Made by a program: the position numbers and the translations under genes | The notes under the pieces: generated by a model | What the model saw: the letters and a program-made list of their open reading frames with translations, nothing else | What the model was told of the DNA's origin: nothing | The model's database searches: none | Shown: in pieces, positions 42,649-51,665 of the stretch | Layout of the letters: each line of letters begins with the position of its first letter | How positions within the stretch are numbered: position 1 is the stretch's first letter | Assembly (NCBI GenBank): GCA_043809425.1 | Contig: JAZDDV010000070.1 | Location: forward strand, 1-54,029 | DNA: 54,029 bases | Source: Candidatus Micrarchaeota archaeon | GTDB lineage: Archaea > Micrarchaeota > Micrarchaeia > Anstonellales > Bilamarchaeaceae | Direction of reading: 5' to 3'

Positions 42649-44562
42649 CTACAACACTTCTGGCAGTTTCTTTATGGTAACAAAAGTAAGCAGGCCGTTT
42701 GCCCGTTTAACTTCCATCTTGGCCCTATCCCTATCGCTCATTTCTGCGATTACCTTGTCTATATCTTCCTGGTTTTCAACTACGATTATGGCCTTGCGGT
42801 CGTATTTTTCCCTGTAAAGGCCAACATCGAAATCCTTGGTGGAAAACTTGCGGCCTGTTTCCTTGAAACTGATGCCGTCTTCAATCAGGTTCTCCCTTAT
42901 GGCACGCATAAGCGAGCGCTCTTTTATGTCGCCTTCTTTTGGCAGCTGGTAATATTCGCCGTACTGCTCCAGCTTGCCACTGTCCACCAGTTTGCGCAGT
43001 ATCTCTTCCACATTGCCGTCGGTGACGTCTGCGCCGTTGGTGAGATAGCGCTTTACGGCCATTTCGAATTCTGCCAGCGTTATGGGGTAGTCGCGCAGTT
43101 TCGCATCCTTTTTCATCTTTACAATGGCGTCCACCACCTTTTCCTGGTTCATCCGTAGTTCTTTTCTGATATCGCTGCTGCCTTCGGGCACGCGCAGCGT
43201 GTAAACCGGTCGCTTGCTAAGCCGTGCGATGCCGTAAACTACTAGTACTATTCCCAGGCCCGGCAAACCATAGTTAAGATAGACATCCCATATGCGGCTC
43301 TCGTTGTTGATTACTGTAATGTGGAATTGCGTTCCTTCAATTTCTATGTTGAAAATGTTTTCGCCTTTGTCAAGCAGTGCGATTATGGCCAGTTCACCAT
43401 CGTTCACATAATATTTTCTCCTGTCAGTGGAATTGCCCAGGCTTCCATAGGCCGTAAGCCCATTCATCGGCTGCCCGTCCACGGTGACGTTGAAAACGTA
43501 TTTATTGAATGTCTTGCCAGCGTAGACTACCTGCAGCTCTTTCACATGCAGCATGCCGCTTCCGATTACACCGTCGTTGTCCTTGAGCGTAAGCACGTAC
43601 TCGCCAGGTTCTTTCAGGCTTATTCTTTCCACAAATATGCTTTCATCAGTAACGCGGCGCAGCCGTTCACTATTCACTTCCTGGCCGTTTTTTGCTATCA
43701 CAAAATAAACCGTGCCGTTTGTTGTTGTCATGTCATACTGTAGCGTTGCCGTCTGCCAGGTGTAGATATCCTCTGGCTGTGGCGTGAGTACTAGCTGCGG
43801 CGATTGCAGTTCTACCGAATCAGTTATACCGCGGGCGCCACCCAACTCATATATCACTCGAATGTACTTGCTGTTGTTTAGCGCTATTTTCTTCGTTTGT
43901 TTGCCAGTTCCGCTTACTGCGAATGTTTCTGAGCTTTCGTAGGACCAGCGATTTTCCATCAGGTCCCTGCTCATATTGTTTTGCCCAGAGTCCAAATAAC
44001 TGCCGAGCGTTCCATCGTAAATCAGCAGCCTGTCTTTTTGCTCCGGTGTCAGCTCGCTATACCAGCTTTCGTTGTACATTGTCCCACCACGCAGCACCAG
44101 GTCTTTTCTTCCTATATAAACCACAATGCCGTCGCTGGCGTTATTTTTCAAATCATCCAAAACATAATTCGGCATGGCACCAGTTGCAACAACGTATATT
44201 CCCCGGCCAAGCGTTCTTCTTTCTGATATTCTCAATGTGTAACCGTATTTTTCCAGCGGTTTGAGTTTCTCAGCCAAGTCTGTTATGCGGTTCGCTTCGA
44301 TGCCTTCGTTATCATTAATGAGAGTTACCTCACGGAAGCCGCGCAGCCGATAGCTCACCAGCGTTAAATTGCCTGCTCCGCGCATGTCGTATACTAAATA
44401 ACCGTAATTGCCTGCTCTGCCCAGCTCCACTATGTTGAAAAATGGTTTTTGTATTATGGTGTCGTTTGTCTGCTGCTCAGGAGGCTGGTAGAAAACGAAG
44501 GCTACTGCGATCACAGCCAGTATGATGGCAAATGCGCCCAGCAGAACGTAGCGTAGCTTCAT
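42649..44562 (-). CDS. Two-TM receptor-like protein (637 aa): about 400-aa ectodomain between TM1 and TM2, and a 189-aa cytoplasmic tail with a winged-helix-like segment
   Basis: TM1 at aa 5-25 and TM2 at about aa 429-448 (GLPGLGIVLVVYGIARL). About 10 sequons in the ectodomain. The cytoplasmic tail shows ITLAEFEMAVKRYL...VEEILRKLVDSGKLEQYGEYYQL. Confidence 0.7.
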   Translation of the reverse strand: MKLRYVLLGAFAIILAVIAVAFVFYQPPEQQTNDTIIQKPFFNIVELGRAGNYGYLVYDMRGAGNLTLVSYRLRGFREVTLINDNEGIEANRITDLAEKLKPLEKYGYTLRISERRTLGRGIYVVATGAMPNYVLDDLKNNASDGIVVYIGRKDLVLRGGTMYNESWYSELTPEQKDRLLIYDGTLGSYLDSGQNNMSRDLMENRWSYESSETFAVSGTGKQTKKIALNNSKYIRVIYELGGARGITDSVELQSPQLVLTPQPEDIYTWQTATLQYDMTTTNGTVYFVIAKNGQEVNSERLRRVTDESIFVERISLKEPGEYVLTLKDNDGVIGSGMLHVKELQVVYAGKTFNKYVFNVTVDGQPMNGLTAYGSLGNSTDRRKYYVNDGELAIIALLDKGENIFNIEIEGTQFHITVINNESRIWDVYLNYGLPGLGIVLVVYGIARLSKRPVYTLRVPEGSSDIRKELRMNQEKVVDAIVKMKKDAKLRDYPITLAEFEMAVKRYLTNGADVTDGNVEEILRKLVDSGKLEQYGEYYQLPKEGDIKERSLMRAIRENLIEDGISFKETGRKFSTKDFDVGLYREKYDRKAIIVVENQEDIDKVIAEMSDRDRAKMEVKRANGLLTFVTIKKLPEVL

Positions 44563-45917
44563 GGGTTCATCCTTGTGTTTTTCAGGAATTCCAGGTCGTT
44601 CTTGTAGAACTCCCGTATGTCTTTCAGGTCAAGCGCAAGCATCATCGGCCTTTCCAGGCTCAGGCCCCAGGCCAGTACTGGATAAATCCCGCAAAGCGGT
44701 ATGCTCACTTCCGGCCTGAACATGCCTGCACCGCCCAGCTCCATCCATTGTTTTCTGTCTTCATAGTAAACTTCAATTTCCAGGCTAGGCTCAGTATAGG
44801 GGAAATAGCTTGGCCTGAAGCGGATTTTTTCAAAACCAAGCTTGTTGTAAATCTCTTTCAGTATGCCGAGCAAATCGCGGAAAGTTGCGTTTTCCCAGGC
44901 AACGATGCCTTCAATCTGATGGAATTCCGCCAGATGCTTGTAGTCTGTTGCCTCGTTTCTGAATACGCGGCCTACGGCGAAGTACTTGCGCGGTTTTTTG
45001 TCTTTCAATGCGGCCAAATATCTTGCGCTCAGGCAGGTGGTATGCGTTCGCAACACTGTTTTTTTTGCAATGCTTTCCTGCCAGCTATATTTCCAGCCTT
45101 TCTCATGCGCTGCCTTCACCCGTTCTACAAGCTGCTTATCGCTTGGTAGCGGCGTTTCTTTTTCTACGTAGAACGTGTCTGCCAGTTCGCGGGCCGGATG
45201 GTCCTGCGGCTGGAATAGCGCATCGAAATTCCAGAATGCCGACTGCAGCAGCTCTCCTTCCATCTCTTCAAAGCCAAGCTCAGCCATCAGGTCGCGGACC
45301 CGGTCTGCGAACATTGCAGTAGGGTGCGCCTTGCCAATTGCCGCGTCAGCCGCCTGCACATTAAGGTCCAATTCATTTTCCTTTTCCAGCCCTGAAAGCG
45401 GTTTGCCGGTATATTCCACTGCATAAATCTTCTCTGTTTTTTTGGTAATAAGATGTCTGCGGAAAAGTTCATCCTCAGTCAGCTTATCACAGCTTCCATT
45501 TGCCATTATGCTGCGGAAAGCATCTTCCAGTTTTTTGATTTCCATTTTTACTTCATCATAGCTTTTCAGCGGTTTGAGTTTTCCTGCCTCGATGTCGACA
45601 AAACCCTTTGTTTTCGCCCAGCGGATGCCTATTGACTTTTCATCTGCATTCAGCTCGTTTATGCCGACTCCCTTGTTGGCTTTTATGAAGACGGACTGCT
45701 CGGGGAAGCCTACGGACATGTAATTTTTATACTCCTCTTCTGCCTGCAGTGCGGTCTTTTCACTTTCCTGCAGTTTGACGAAATCCTTTGCCCGCAGCGA
45801 TTCTATTGCTCTTCGTACTGAGTCCTGATTAAGCGAAAGCTGTTCTGCCAGTTCTTCCAGGCTTGCGGTTTTTTTCTTCTGCAGGTACGCAGCTATTTCC
45901 CGTTCCCCCTTGTACAT
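44559..45917 (-). CDS. pheS: Phenylalanyl-tRNA synthetase alpha subunit (archaeal type with N-terminal wHTH repeats)
   Basis: HPARELADTFY, LRTHTT, GRVFRNE and FPYTEPS class II motifs. Confidence 0.93.
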   Translation of the reverse strand: MYKGEREIAAYLQKKKTASLEELAEQLSLNQDSVRRAIESLRAKDFVKLQESEKTALQAEEEYKNYMSVGFPEQSVFIKANKGVGINELNADEKSIGIRWAKTKGFVDIEAGKLKPLKSYDEVKMEIKKLEDAFRSIMANGSCDKLTEDELFRRHLITKKTEKIYAVEYTGKPLSGLEKENELDLNVQAADAAIGKAHPTAMFADRVRDLMAELGFEEMEGELLQSAFWNFDALFQPQDHPARELADTFYVEKETPLPSDKQLVERVKAAHEKGWKYSWQESIAKKTVLRTHTTCLSARYLAALKDKKPRKYFAVGRVFRNEATDYKHLAEFHQIEGIVAWENATFRDLLGILKEIYNKLGFEKIRFRPSYFPYTEPSLEIEVYYEDRKQWMELGGAGMFRPEVSIPLCGIYPVLAWGLSLERPMMLALDLKDIREFYKNDLEFLKNTRMNP

Positions 45918-46748
45918 CTAGCTTCCTCCGCTTCTTTTTTCCAGCGTGATGTAGATATAACCGCCTACAATTATTATTATCATTGCTATGACTGCCCAGC
46001 CGTATTGGCCGGTGAGCGCTCCCTGGAATCCGCTGAGAATTCCATAGAAAAATCCGGATACTTCCTTTTCCAGCGGTTCTTCCACCTCGAAAATTACGGA
46101 AAATTTCACCAGGATGGTATCGCTCCAGGTCAGTTCGCCTATTTTTGTTGGCAGCGTTCCTGTGAAGCCGTCCGGCTTCGGATTAAGATCCATGGCAACT
46201 GAATCTGCCGGCGGGACTAGCTTAAGATGAATATTCTCTGCCAGCAGGATGTCTCCCTGCGGCGTTGATAGGAATGATAATGCATCCGGGTCAAGCTTGT
46301 AGCGCGTGGTTCGCGGCTTGTAGGCGTCTATCATGAAAAGGCCGCTGCTGCCGAAGTTGCTGATATTGGCGTTTTCCCGCGATATGGGCTTGGCCGAGTA
46401 TTCTATCACCACTTCGCCATGGCAGATGCCCTGGATGGGGTTGCATTTTTTTCTCGGCTGCGGCCTTACGCGCAGGTCGCTTATGGAAACTTTGGCCGGG
46501 TTGACATGGTATTTCATATCCGGCAGCGCTGTAATGCTGGTCCAGAAAGAAATGTCATTGCTGGAGAATCCGCTGTCGTAGGCTGCCTGCGACTGGTCGC
46601 CGGTTATTATGAGCTTGATGTTTTCGGTGACGCGTGCAGAGCCATCCGGCTGGATGTCATGAATACTGACCAGCACGTCTTCCAGCATGAATTCGCTGTA
46701 TGCCACCGTGGCAAGCAGCAGCAATGCGAATAGGATCTGCAGCCTCAT
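45918..46748 (-). CDS. Secreted, C-terminally anchored protein (276 aa, hypothetical)
   Basis: Signal peptide MRLQILFALLLLATVAYS and C-terminal TM helix WAVIAMIIIIVGGYIYITL followed by EKRSGGS. Its stop abuts the pheS start. Confidence 0.65.
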   Translation of the reverse strand: MRLQILFALLLLATVAYSEFMLEDVLVSIHDIQPDGSARVTENIKLIITGDQSQAAYDSGFSSNDISFWTSITALPDMKYHVNPAKVSISDLRVRPQPRKKCNPIQGICHGEVVIEYSAKPISRENANISNFGSSGLFMIDAYKPRTTRYKLDPDALSFLSTPQGDILLAENIHLKLVPPADSVAMDLNPKPDGFTGTLPTKIGELTWSDTILVKFSVIFEVEEPLEKEVSGFFYGILSGFQGALTGQYGWAVIAMIIIIVGGYIYITLEKRSGGS

Positions 46749-46877
46749 GAATTGTTATCTGAATATTCATTTTTAAACTTCGTTGTTTTGCTGCCGCGCG
46801 CCTACGACCGGAAAAAAGGTAATTTTAAATACTTTACTGCACATCTCTCAAGAACACAAACTGAATTCTGTGAGAGC

Positions 46878-47402
46878 ATGGATAATCAAAACCCAGAAGA
46901 ACTCAAGACAAAAATTGCGGACCTAGAGAAGACCAAGTCCGAACTGATAGAGCGGATAAAGAAAATAAACCGCCGCACCAGGTACAAACAGTACGAGCAG
47001 AAGGCACTAGAGCCGTTCCTGGAGAAAACCAAAAACGTGGACATCGAGTCGGTCAAGCGCAGGAAGCGCATGATGGAATTCAAGATTGCAACTCAGGCTT
47101 ACACTCCGAAACTGGAGCGCGAATGGATAAAGGAAGTCAAGAAAATCGACGAGCAGCTCACGGACATTCGCGAGATAGACCGTGCCCGCCGGAAAATAAG
47201 ATACATCTTCCAGGACATACAGGACGGGGAAAACGAAGTCAAGGTAATTGAAGAGGAGCTCAAGAAAATAAGGGATGAGCTTAAGACTCTCTACGGCAGC
47301 ATGAAAAACGTGCGCTACGCTGAAAGGCGCGCTGAGATGGCTGCCAAGAAAGAGGAAGATGAGCTTGTCAGCCTTGGCGACCTTGCGACGATGGAAGAGT
47401 AA
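46878..47402 (+). CDS. Cytoplasmic coiled-coil protein (archaeal COG1340-like)
   Basis: K/E/R-rich heptad pattern throughout. ATG 46878 chosen; the track extension from 46752 is Phe/Leu-rich and non-helical and covers the divergent promoter. Confidence 0.6.
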   Translation: MDNQNPEELKTKIADLEKTKSELIERIKKINRRTRYKQYEQKALEPFLEKTKNVDIESVKRRKRMMEFKIATQAYTPKLEREWIKEVKKIDEQLTDIREIDRARRKIRYIFQDIQDGENEVKVIEEELKKIRDELKTLYGSMKNVRYAERRAEMAAKKEEDELVSLGDLATMEE

Positions 47403-47781
47403 TAAGCTTCTTCAGGTCTGCTATGATTTCTTCATGATCAAACGCCAGTAGCGGCAGCTGGTTCAGCTCAAAAAAAGCGACTTCCGCCGCATCTGTTCCT
47501 GCCTTTGGCTCACCGCCTGTTCTTTTTACTATATATACAAGGCTGACGATTTTTCTGCTGTCCCGTGCCGGGTCAGAGTAAACGCCCATGAGCTTAAGCG
47601 GTTCCACTTCCAGGCCAGTCTCTTCCCGTGCTTCTCTGCGCAGGCACTCTTCAACTGTTTCATTTTCCTCTAAACGTCCGCCTGGCAGCGCCCACTTGCC
47701 TTTTTCCGGCATGTTGCCGCGCTTGATAAGCAGCAGCTTGCCATTCTCAATAAGTATCGCATCGCACGCTAGAGTTCTCAT
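47368..47781 (-). CDS. NUDIX hydrolase
   Basis: Nudix box GGRLEENETVEECLRREAREETGL. Confidence 0.85.
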   Translation of the reverse strand: MRTLACDAILIENGKLLLIKRGNMPEKGKWALPGGRLEENETVEECLRREAREETGLEVEPLKLMGVYSDPARDSRKIVSLVYIVKRTGGEPKAGTDAAEVAFFELNQLPLLAFDHEEIIADLKKLITLPSSQGRQG

Positions 47782-47813
47782 GCAGCAGCTTCGCTAAGAA
47801 ATTTAAAATAGAT

Positions 47814-48536
47814 ATGCGTTATCAGTTTATGAAAGTAAAAGTCATTTTCAACCCTCTCAAAAGCTGGGCAGCAGCCCTGGCAGCTGCGGTAAAGCGGCAT
47901 CTGCGCCAGGCCAGTCATCATATTGTTGCCAAAGGCGCAGAAGTCACCGTCTGCATTGGCGGAGACGGAACCATACTGTACGGCAATCATAAGAAAAAAA
48001 TCCAGGGAAAGATTCTTGGCATAGGCAGCAGGCGGAGCTACATCTGTCAGCTGCGCCGGGACAACTGGAAAAAAGAATTGCTTTCCAAGCTGCAGGACAA
48101 CACCGATGATATGTTTGTGCTGGATTATGCGGCAAAAGGCATCCGCGGCACGGCAGTCAATGACGTTGTAGTGCATGCGAAAAATTATCGTGTGCTTGGC
48201 ATCAATCTCCAGGCAGCAGGCAAAAAGCACTTTTTTCGCGGCGATGGTCTGATAATCTCATCTGCCATCGGCTCAACCGGCTATGCCTATTCGGCAGGTG
48301 GAAAGGCAGTTGCGCCCACTGCAAAAATACTTCAGCTGGTGCCCATTGCGCCGTACCGCAGGACATTCAAGGGCATGGCTGTGCGAGGAAACGATAGGGT
48401 CGTTGTATCTGCAAACCGCGCCTGCGCGCTGATAATCGATGGCATTTACCTAAAGGAATTAAAAGCAAACGAGTCAGTAGCAATACGCAAAAGCAAGTCA
48501 TTGCAATTTTTCAAGGGGGTCGGTTGGTATGAATAA
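47814..48536 (+). CDS. nadK: NAD(+) kinase
   Basis: GGDGTIL, a NDVVV-type segment and SSAIGSTGYAYSAGG. ATG 47829 (MKVKVIF) is an alternative start. Confidence 0.85.
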   Translation: MRYQFMKVKVIFNPLKSWAAALAAAVKRHLRQASHHIVAKGAEVTVCIGGDGTILYGNHKKKIQGKILGIGSRRSYICQLRRDNWKKELLSKLQDNTDDMFVLDYAAKGIRGTAVNDVVVHAKNYRVLGINLQAAGKKHFFRGDGLIISSAIGSTGYAYSAGGKAVAPTAKILQLVPIAPYRRTFKGMAVRGNDRVVVSANRACALIIDGIYLKELKANESVAIRKSKSLQFFKGVGWYE

Positions 48537-48852
48537 GGAAGACATACTCAGGCAAGGTTTCGTAGTTGTTAAAGTTACGGTAGCAGGCATTAGGCAGACC
48601 CACCGGCTTGACATTGCCAAGGAAAAAAGCGGCAATGGCTACTTCAACTACCTCGCAGGCAGATTCTCGATTCCCGAGGCGGAAATGATCCGACTGGCAG
48701 AAGAGCTGCAGCTGCCGATAAAATCCCACGGCGTTTACGTTTTCCCGCGCGGTAAAAGCAGGCAGGACTTCACCACTGCTAATTTCCAGCCTGAAACCAT
48801 CGAAGCTGAGATAGACGATACTACGCCAGACCGGTCATACCAGGACATATAG
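48529..48852 (+). CDS. Hypothetical protein (107 aa), 8-nt overlap with nadK
   Basis: The only support is an ORF with coding-like composition and translational coupling. No recognisable motif. Confidence 0.45.
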   Translation: MNKEDILRQGFVVVKVTVAGIRQTHRLDIAKEKSGNGYFNYLAGRFSIPEAEMIRLAEELQLPIKSHGVYVFPRGKSRQDFTTANFQPETIEAEIDDTTPDRSYQDI

Positions 48853-48877
48853 TGCGTTCTTGGAGCAGGTCTAATTG

Positions 48878-49759
48878 CTACAGATTTTCTTTCAATAGCT
48901 TTACAAGTTCCGCACCGATGCGGAGCTGCGCTTCTTTTGTGTTTGCGCCAAGGTGTGGCGTTAAGTAAACGTTATCCAGCTCCAGCAGTTTGCCGGTGTA
49001 CGGCTCCTGGGAAAAAACATCAAGGCATGCGCCTGCTATTATGCCTGCTTTGCATGCTTCGTACAAATCGTCTTCGTTTATGATATCTCCTCTTGAAGTG
49101 TTGATGATTACTGCGGTTTTTTTCATCTTGGCGATGCTCGCACTGTTTATCATGCCTTTGGTTTCTGGCAAAGACGGCACATGAATGCTTATCACATCTG
49201 CTTTTGCAAACAGCTCATCCAGCTCAACGAATTTTGCAATTCCATCTTCCTGTCGCGGCGGAGGATTGTAGGCTATTATCTTCATGCCAAGCGCAGCTGC
49301 TTTTTTGCCGACTAGTGCACCTATGCGGCCATAGCCGATTAAGCCAAGCGTTGCTCCATCTAATTCAGTACCTACCAAACCTTTTTTGTCCCATATTTTG
49401 TTTTTTATCTGCAGGTGCGCCTTTGCAATGAATCTTTTTGCAGAAAAGATATGGCCTATTGTCAATTCTGCAACTGCATTGCTGCTTGCGCCAGGGGTGT
49501 TAAGCACTTTTATGCCGCGTTCTTTGCAGGCTACTGCGTCCACATTGTCCAGACCGACACCGCCGCGCAGCACAAGCTTCAACTTAGGTGCATGTGTCAG
49601 CAGTTCTTTTGTCACTTGTGTCTTGCTTCGAACTATAAGTGCATCTGCCGTCTGCAGCGATTCACTGAGGTTTTTTGGAAGATAATCAACTTCACCAAGT
49701 TTCTTTATTTCTTCCACAACGTCTTTTTCCATTTCATCAGAAATAATTATTTTTGACAT
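48878..49759 (-). CDS. D-isomer-specific 2-hydroxyacid dehydrogenase (phosphoglycerate dehydrogenase-like, no ACT domain)
   Basis: GLIGYGRIG (NAD-binding), RGD and HLGA motifs. Start at ATG 49759 (MSKIIISDE); the track extension to 49915 would overlap the XPD 3' end. Confidence 0.8.
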   Translation of the reverse strand: MSKIIISDEMEKDVVEEIKKLGEVDYLPKNLSESLQTADALIVRSKTQVTKELLTHAPKLKLVLRGGVGLDNVDAVACKERGIKVLNTPGASSNAVAELTIGHIFSAKRFIAKAHLQIKNKIWDKKGLVGTELDGATLGLIGYGRIGALVGKKAAALGMKIIAYNPPPRQEDGIAKFVELDELFAKADVISIHVPSLPETKGMINSASIAKMKKTAVIINTSRGDIINEDDLYEACKAGIIAGACLDVFSQEPYTGKLLELDNVYLTPHLGANTKEAQLRIGAELVKLLKENL

Positions 49760-49772
49760 AATTTTCCCCTCG

Positions 49773-51617
49773 TTATTGCTTTTGCTCGCTAGCTTTATTA
49801 TAATTACTGTCTTCCTGCCAGAATTTTCCCACCAGCACAGATGGCTTGTTTGTTGCCGGCACCTTTGCGCCGTTGAAAATCCAGTTATAGGTGCTCCAGC
49901 GGAATCGCTCGTCAAAATAAACTACTGCCACGCGGTCAGTTTCCTTACGGCGGGCTCGGCCTGCTGCCTGTAGCGCCTTTATCGTTCCCGGATAAAGATA
50001 GGCATACTCCCAGCCCATAAGGAATTTCTTTTCATAATATTCTATCAACGCTTCTGTTTCTGCGTTCATTTCTTCCAGGCCAACACCTACGACTACCACG
50101 GTTTTTATCTCCTCTTTCGAGAAGTCAACGCCCTCTGCTAGCGAACCGCCTTGCACTCCGCAGAGTACGCCGCCTTTTTCTGAAAACCGCCTGATAAGTT
50201 CCCGCAATTCCCGCGGCCTCATGCCGCTTTGCTGCACATGCAGGTTGTGCTGTTCCAGCAGCGGCAGTATGCTGGCCATCACATTATAGGATGGGAAAAA
50301 CAATGCAACGCCTCCCGGCGTGTTGTTTATCAGCTGCCTTATTTCTATTGCCATCTTCAGGTAATTTTCCGGATTGCGCTGGTTGAATTTAGTCGTTGCT
50401 TCAGTTGCAATCACATTCAGCAGGTTGCTTTCAGGAAACGGAGAGGGATATTCGCGCAGCAGTGTTCTGCTTGGGTCTAAACCAAGCACGTCCCGGTGCA
50501 TTTCCAGCGGCAGCAGCGTGCCGCTCATCAGCACGCTTGCATAGGTTTCATTCAGTATGCCTGTAAGCAAAGACGGATCAAGTATCTTGCGGGATAGCCG
50601 CACACCGTAGGGAGTGCGCTTGAGTATGCGCACCGATTGCAGTTCGCTGTCCCACTCAGAGATAAAAGTCGCCAGCTTCAGTGCTGCGCTTTTCTTTGCC
50701 TTGAGTTCTACGTAAGTACTGCCAGCATCATTCAGATTGTTCAGCAGGCCTGTGCTGAATTCGCCAAGCAGCGCGTCAAAATCGTCTTTTGTCACCACCA
50801 CTTCGTCTTTCTTTCCAAGCATTTCCTCTGCCCAATCAGTGAATTTGTCTCCAATCCTGTCTTCCCGGTAGCCGAATGCGCGCAGTTCTTTTTCCGCCCG
50901 GTATACCATGCTGCTCCACGTTGAAATTGAAAGGTAGCTGCGCACTCTGCTGCTCAAATTATGCGCCTCATCAACTATCACTATGCAGTCTTCTATCTTC
51001 TTGCCCGTCTTACTAAGCAAACCATCGCGTATTTTCGGCACAACAAAATGATAGTAGTCCCCTATTATCACGTTGGAGACTGCGGCCATGCGCAGCAGCA
51101 ATTCGTAGGGGCATAGTTTGTTTTCCGCAGCCAAATCCGCAGCTTCACTGAAGCTCATGCCCGTTCCATAGGCCGCCACAAGCTTCTCCATTTTTTTCTC
51201 ATTTGCAAAATCCAATGCCCTTACATTATTATAGAATTCGCACTTTTTTCTCTTGCGCTTGTTTTCGCAGAAATGATAGAAGCTTTCATTATCATATTCA
51301 TCCACGTCCATCAGGCACAGGTGCCTCCGGCCCACCAAATCGATTGCGCGGATTTTTGCATTGTGCTTTTTCGCTATGCCCATAGCTACGTCCAGCGCAA
51401 TCCGATGCTGCGATATTTTCGGAGTGAGGAAAAAAACCGTAAGGTTTGTTTTGGCTGCATAGGTTAGTGCGGCTGAAAGCGCCGCGTCGGTTTTGCCGCT
51501 GCCCGTGGGCGCATGCAGCAGGATGTTGTTGCCTGCAGCTATGGCTGAGTGGATGTCCTGCATCAAACCAAGCTGGAATTTTCTAGGCGCATCGTGCCTG
51601 AATAAAAAATCTGCCAC
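49773..51617 (-). CDS. xpd: XPD/Rad3-type 4Fe-4S DNA helicase
   Basis: PRKFQ (Q motif), HAPTGSGKT, four Fe-S Cys (RHLCLM...FCENKRKRKKCEF...KLCPYE), DEAHN and C-terminal motifs. GTG 51617 is the proposed start; the track start 51803 would overlap the divergent gene by 138 nt. Confidence 0.88.
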   Translation of the reverse strand: MADFLFRHDAPRKFQLGLMQDIHSAIAAGNNILLHAPTGSGKTDAALSAALTYAAKTNLTVFFLTPKISQHRIALDVAMGIAKKHNAKIRAIDLVGRRHLCLMDVDEYDNESFYHFCENKRKRKKCEFYNNVRALDFANEKKMEKLVAAYGTGMSFSEAADLAAENKLCPYELLLRMAAVSNVIIGDYYHFVVPKIRDGLLSKTGKKIEDCIVIVDEAHNLSSRVRSYLSISTWSSMVYRAEKELRAFGYREDRIGDKFTDWAEEMLGKKDEVVVTKDDFDALLGEFSTGLLNNLNDAGSTYVELKAKKSAALKLATFISEWDSELQSVRILKRTPYGVRLSRKILDPSLLTGILNETYASVLMSGTLLPLEMHRDVLGLDPSRTLLREYPSPFPESNLLNVIATEATTKFNQRNPENYLKMAIEIRQLINNTPGGVALFFPSYNVMASILPLLEQHNLHVQQSGMRPRELRELIRRFSEKGGVLCGVQGGSLAEGVDFSKEEIKTVVVVGVGLEEMNAETEALIEYYEKKFLMGWEYAYLYPGTIKALQAAGRARRKETDRVAVVYFDERFRWSTYNWIFNGAKVPATNKPSVLVGKFWQEDSNYNKASEQKQ

Positions 51618-51636
51618 AGCGAAATTTTGTATAGAA

Positions 51637-51645
51637 TTTATTAAA
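51637..51645. promoter_or_regulatory. Shared TATA-like element TTTATTAAA between xpd (-) and the metallophosphoesterase gene (+)
   Basis: Its centre is 24 nt from GTG 51617 and 25 nt from ATG 51666. The same 9-mer occurs at 14868-14876. Confidence 0.45.
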
Positions 51646-51665
51646 GGGTTTGCGCATAAGCCTGC

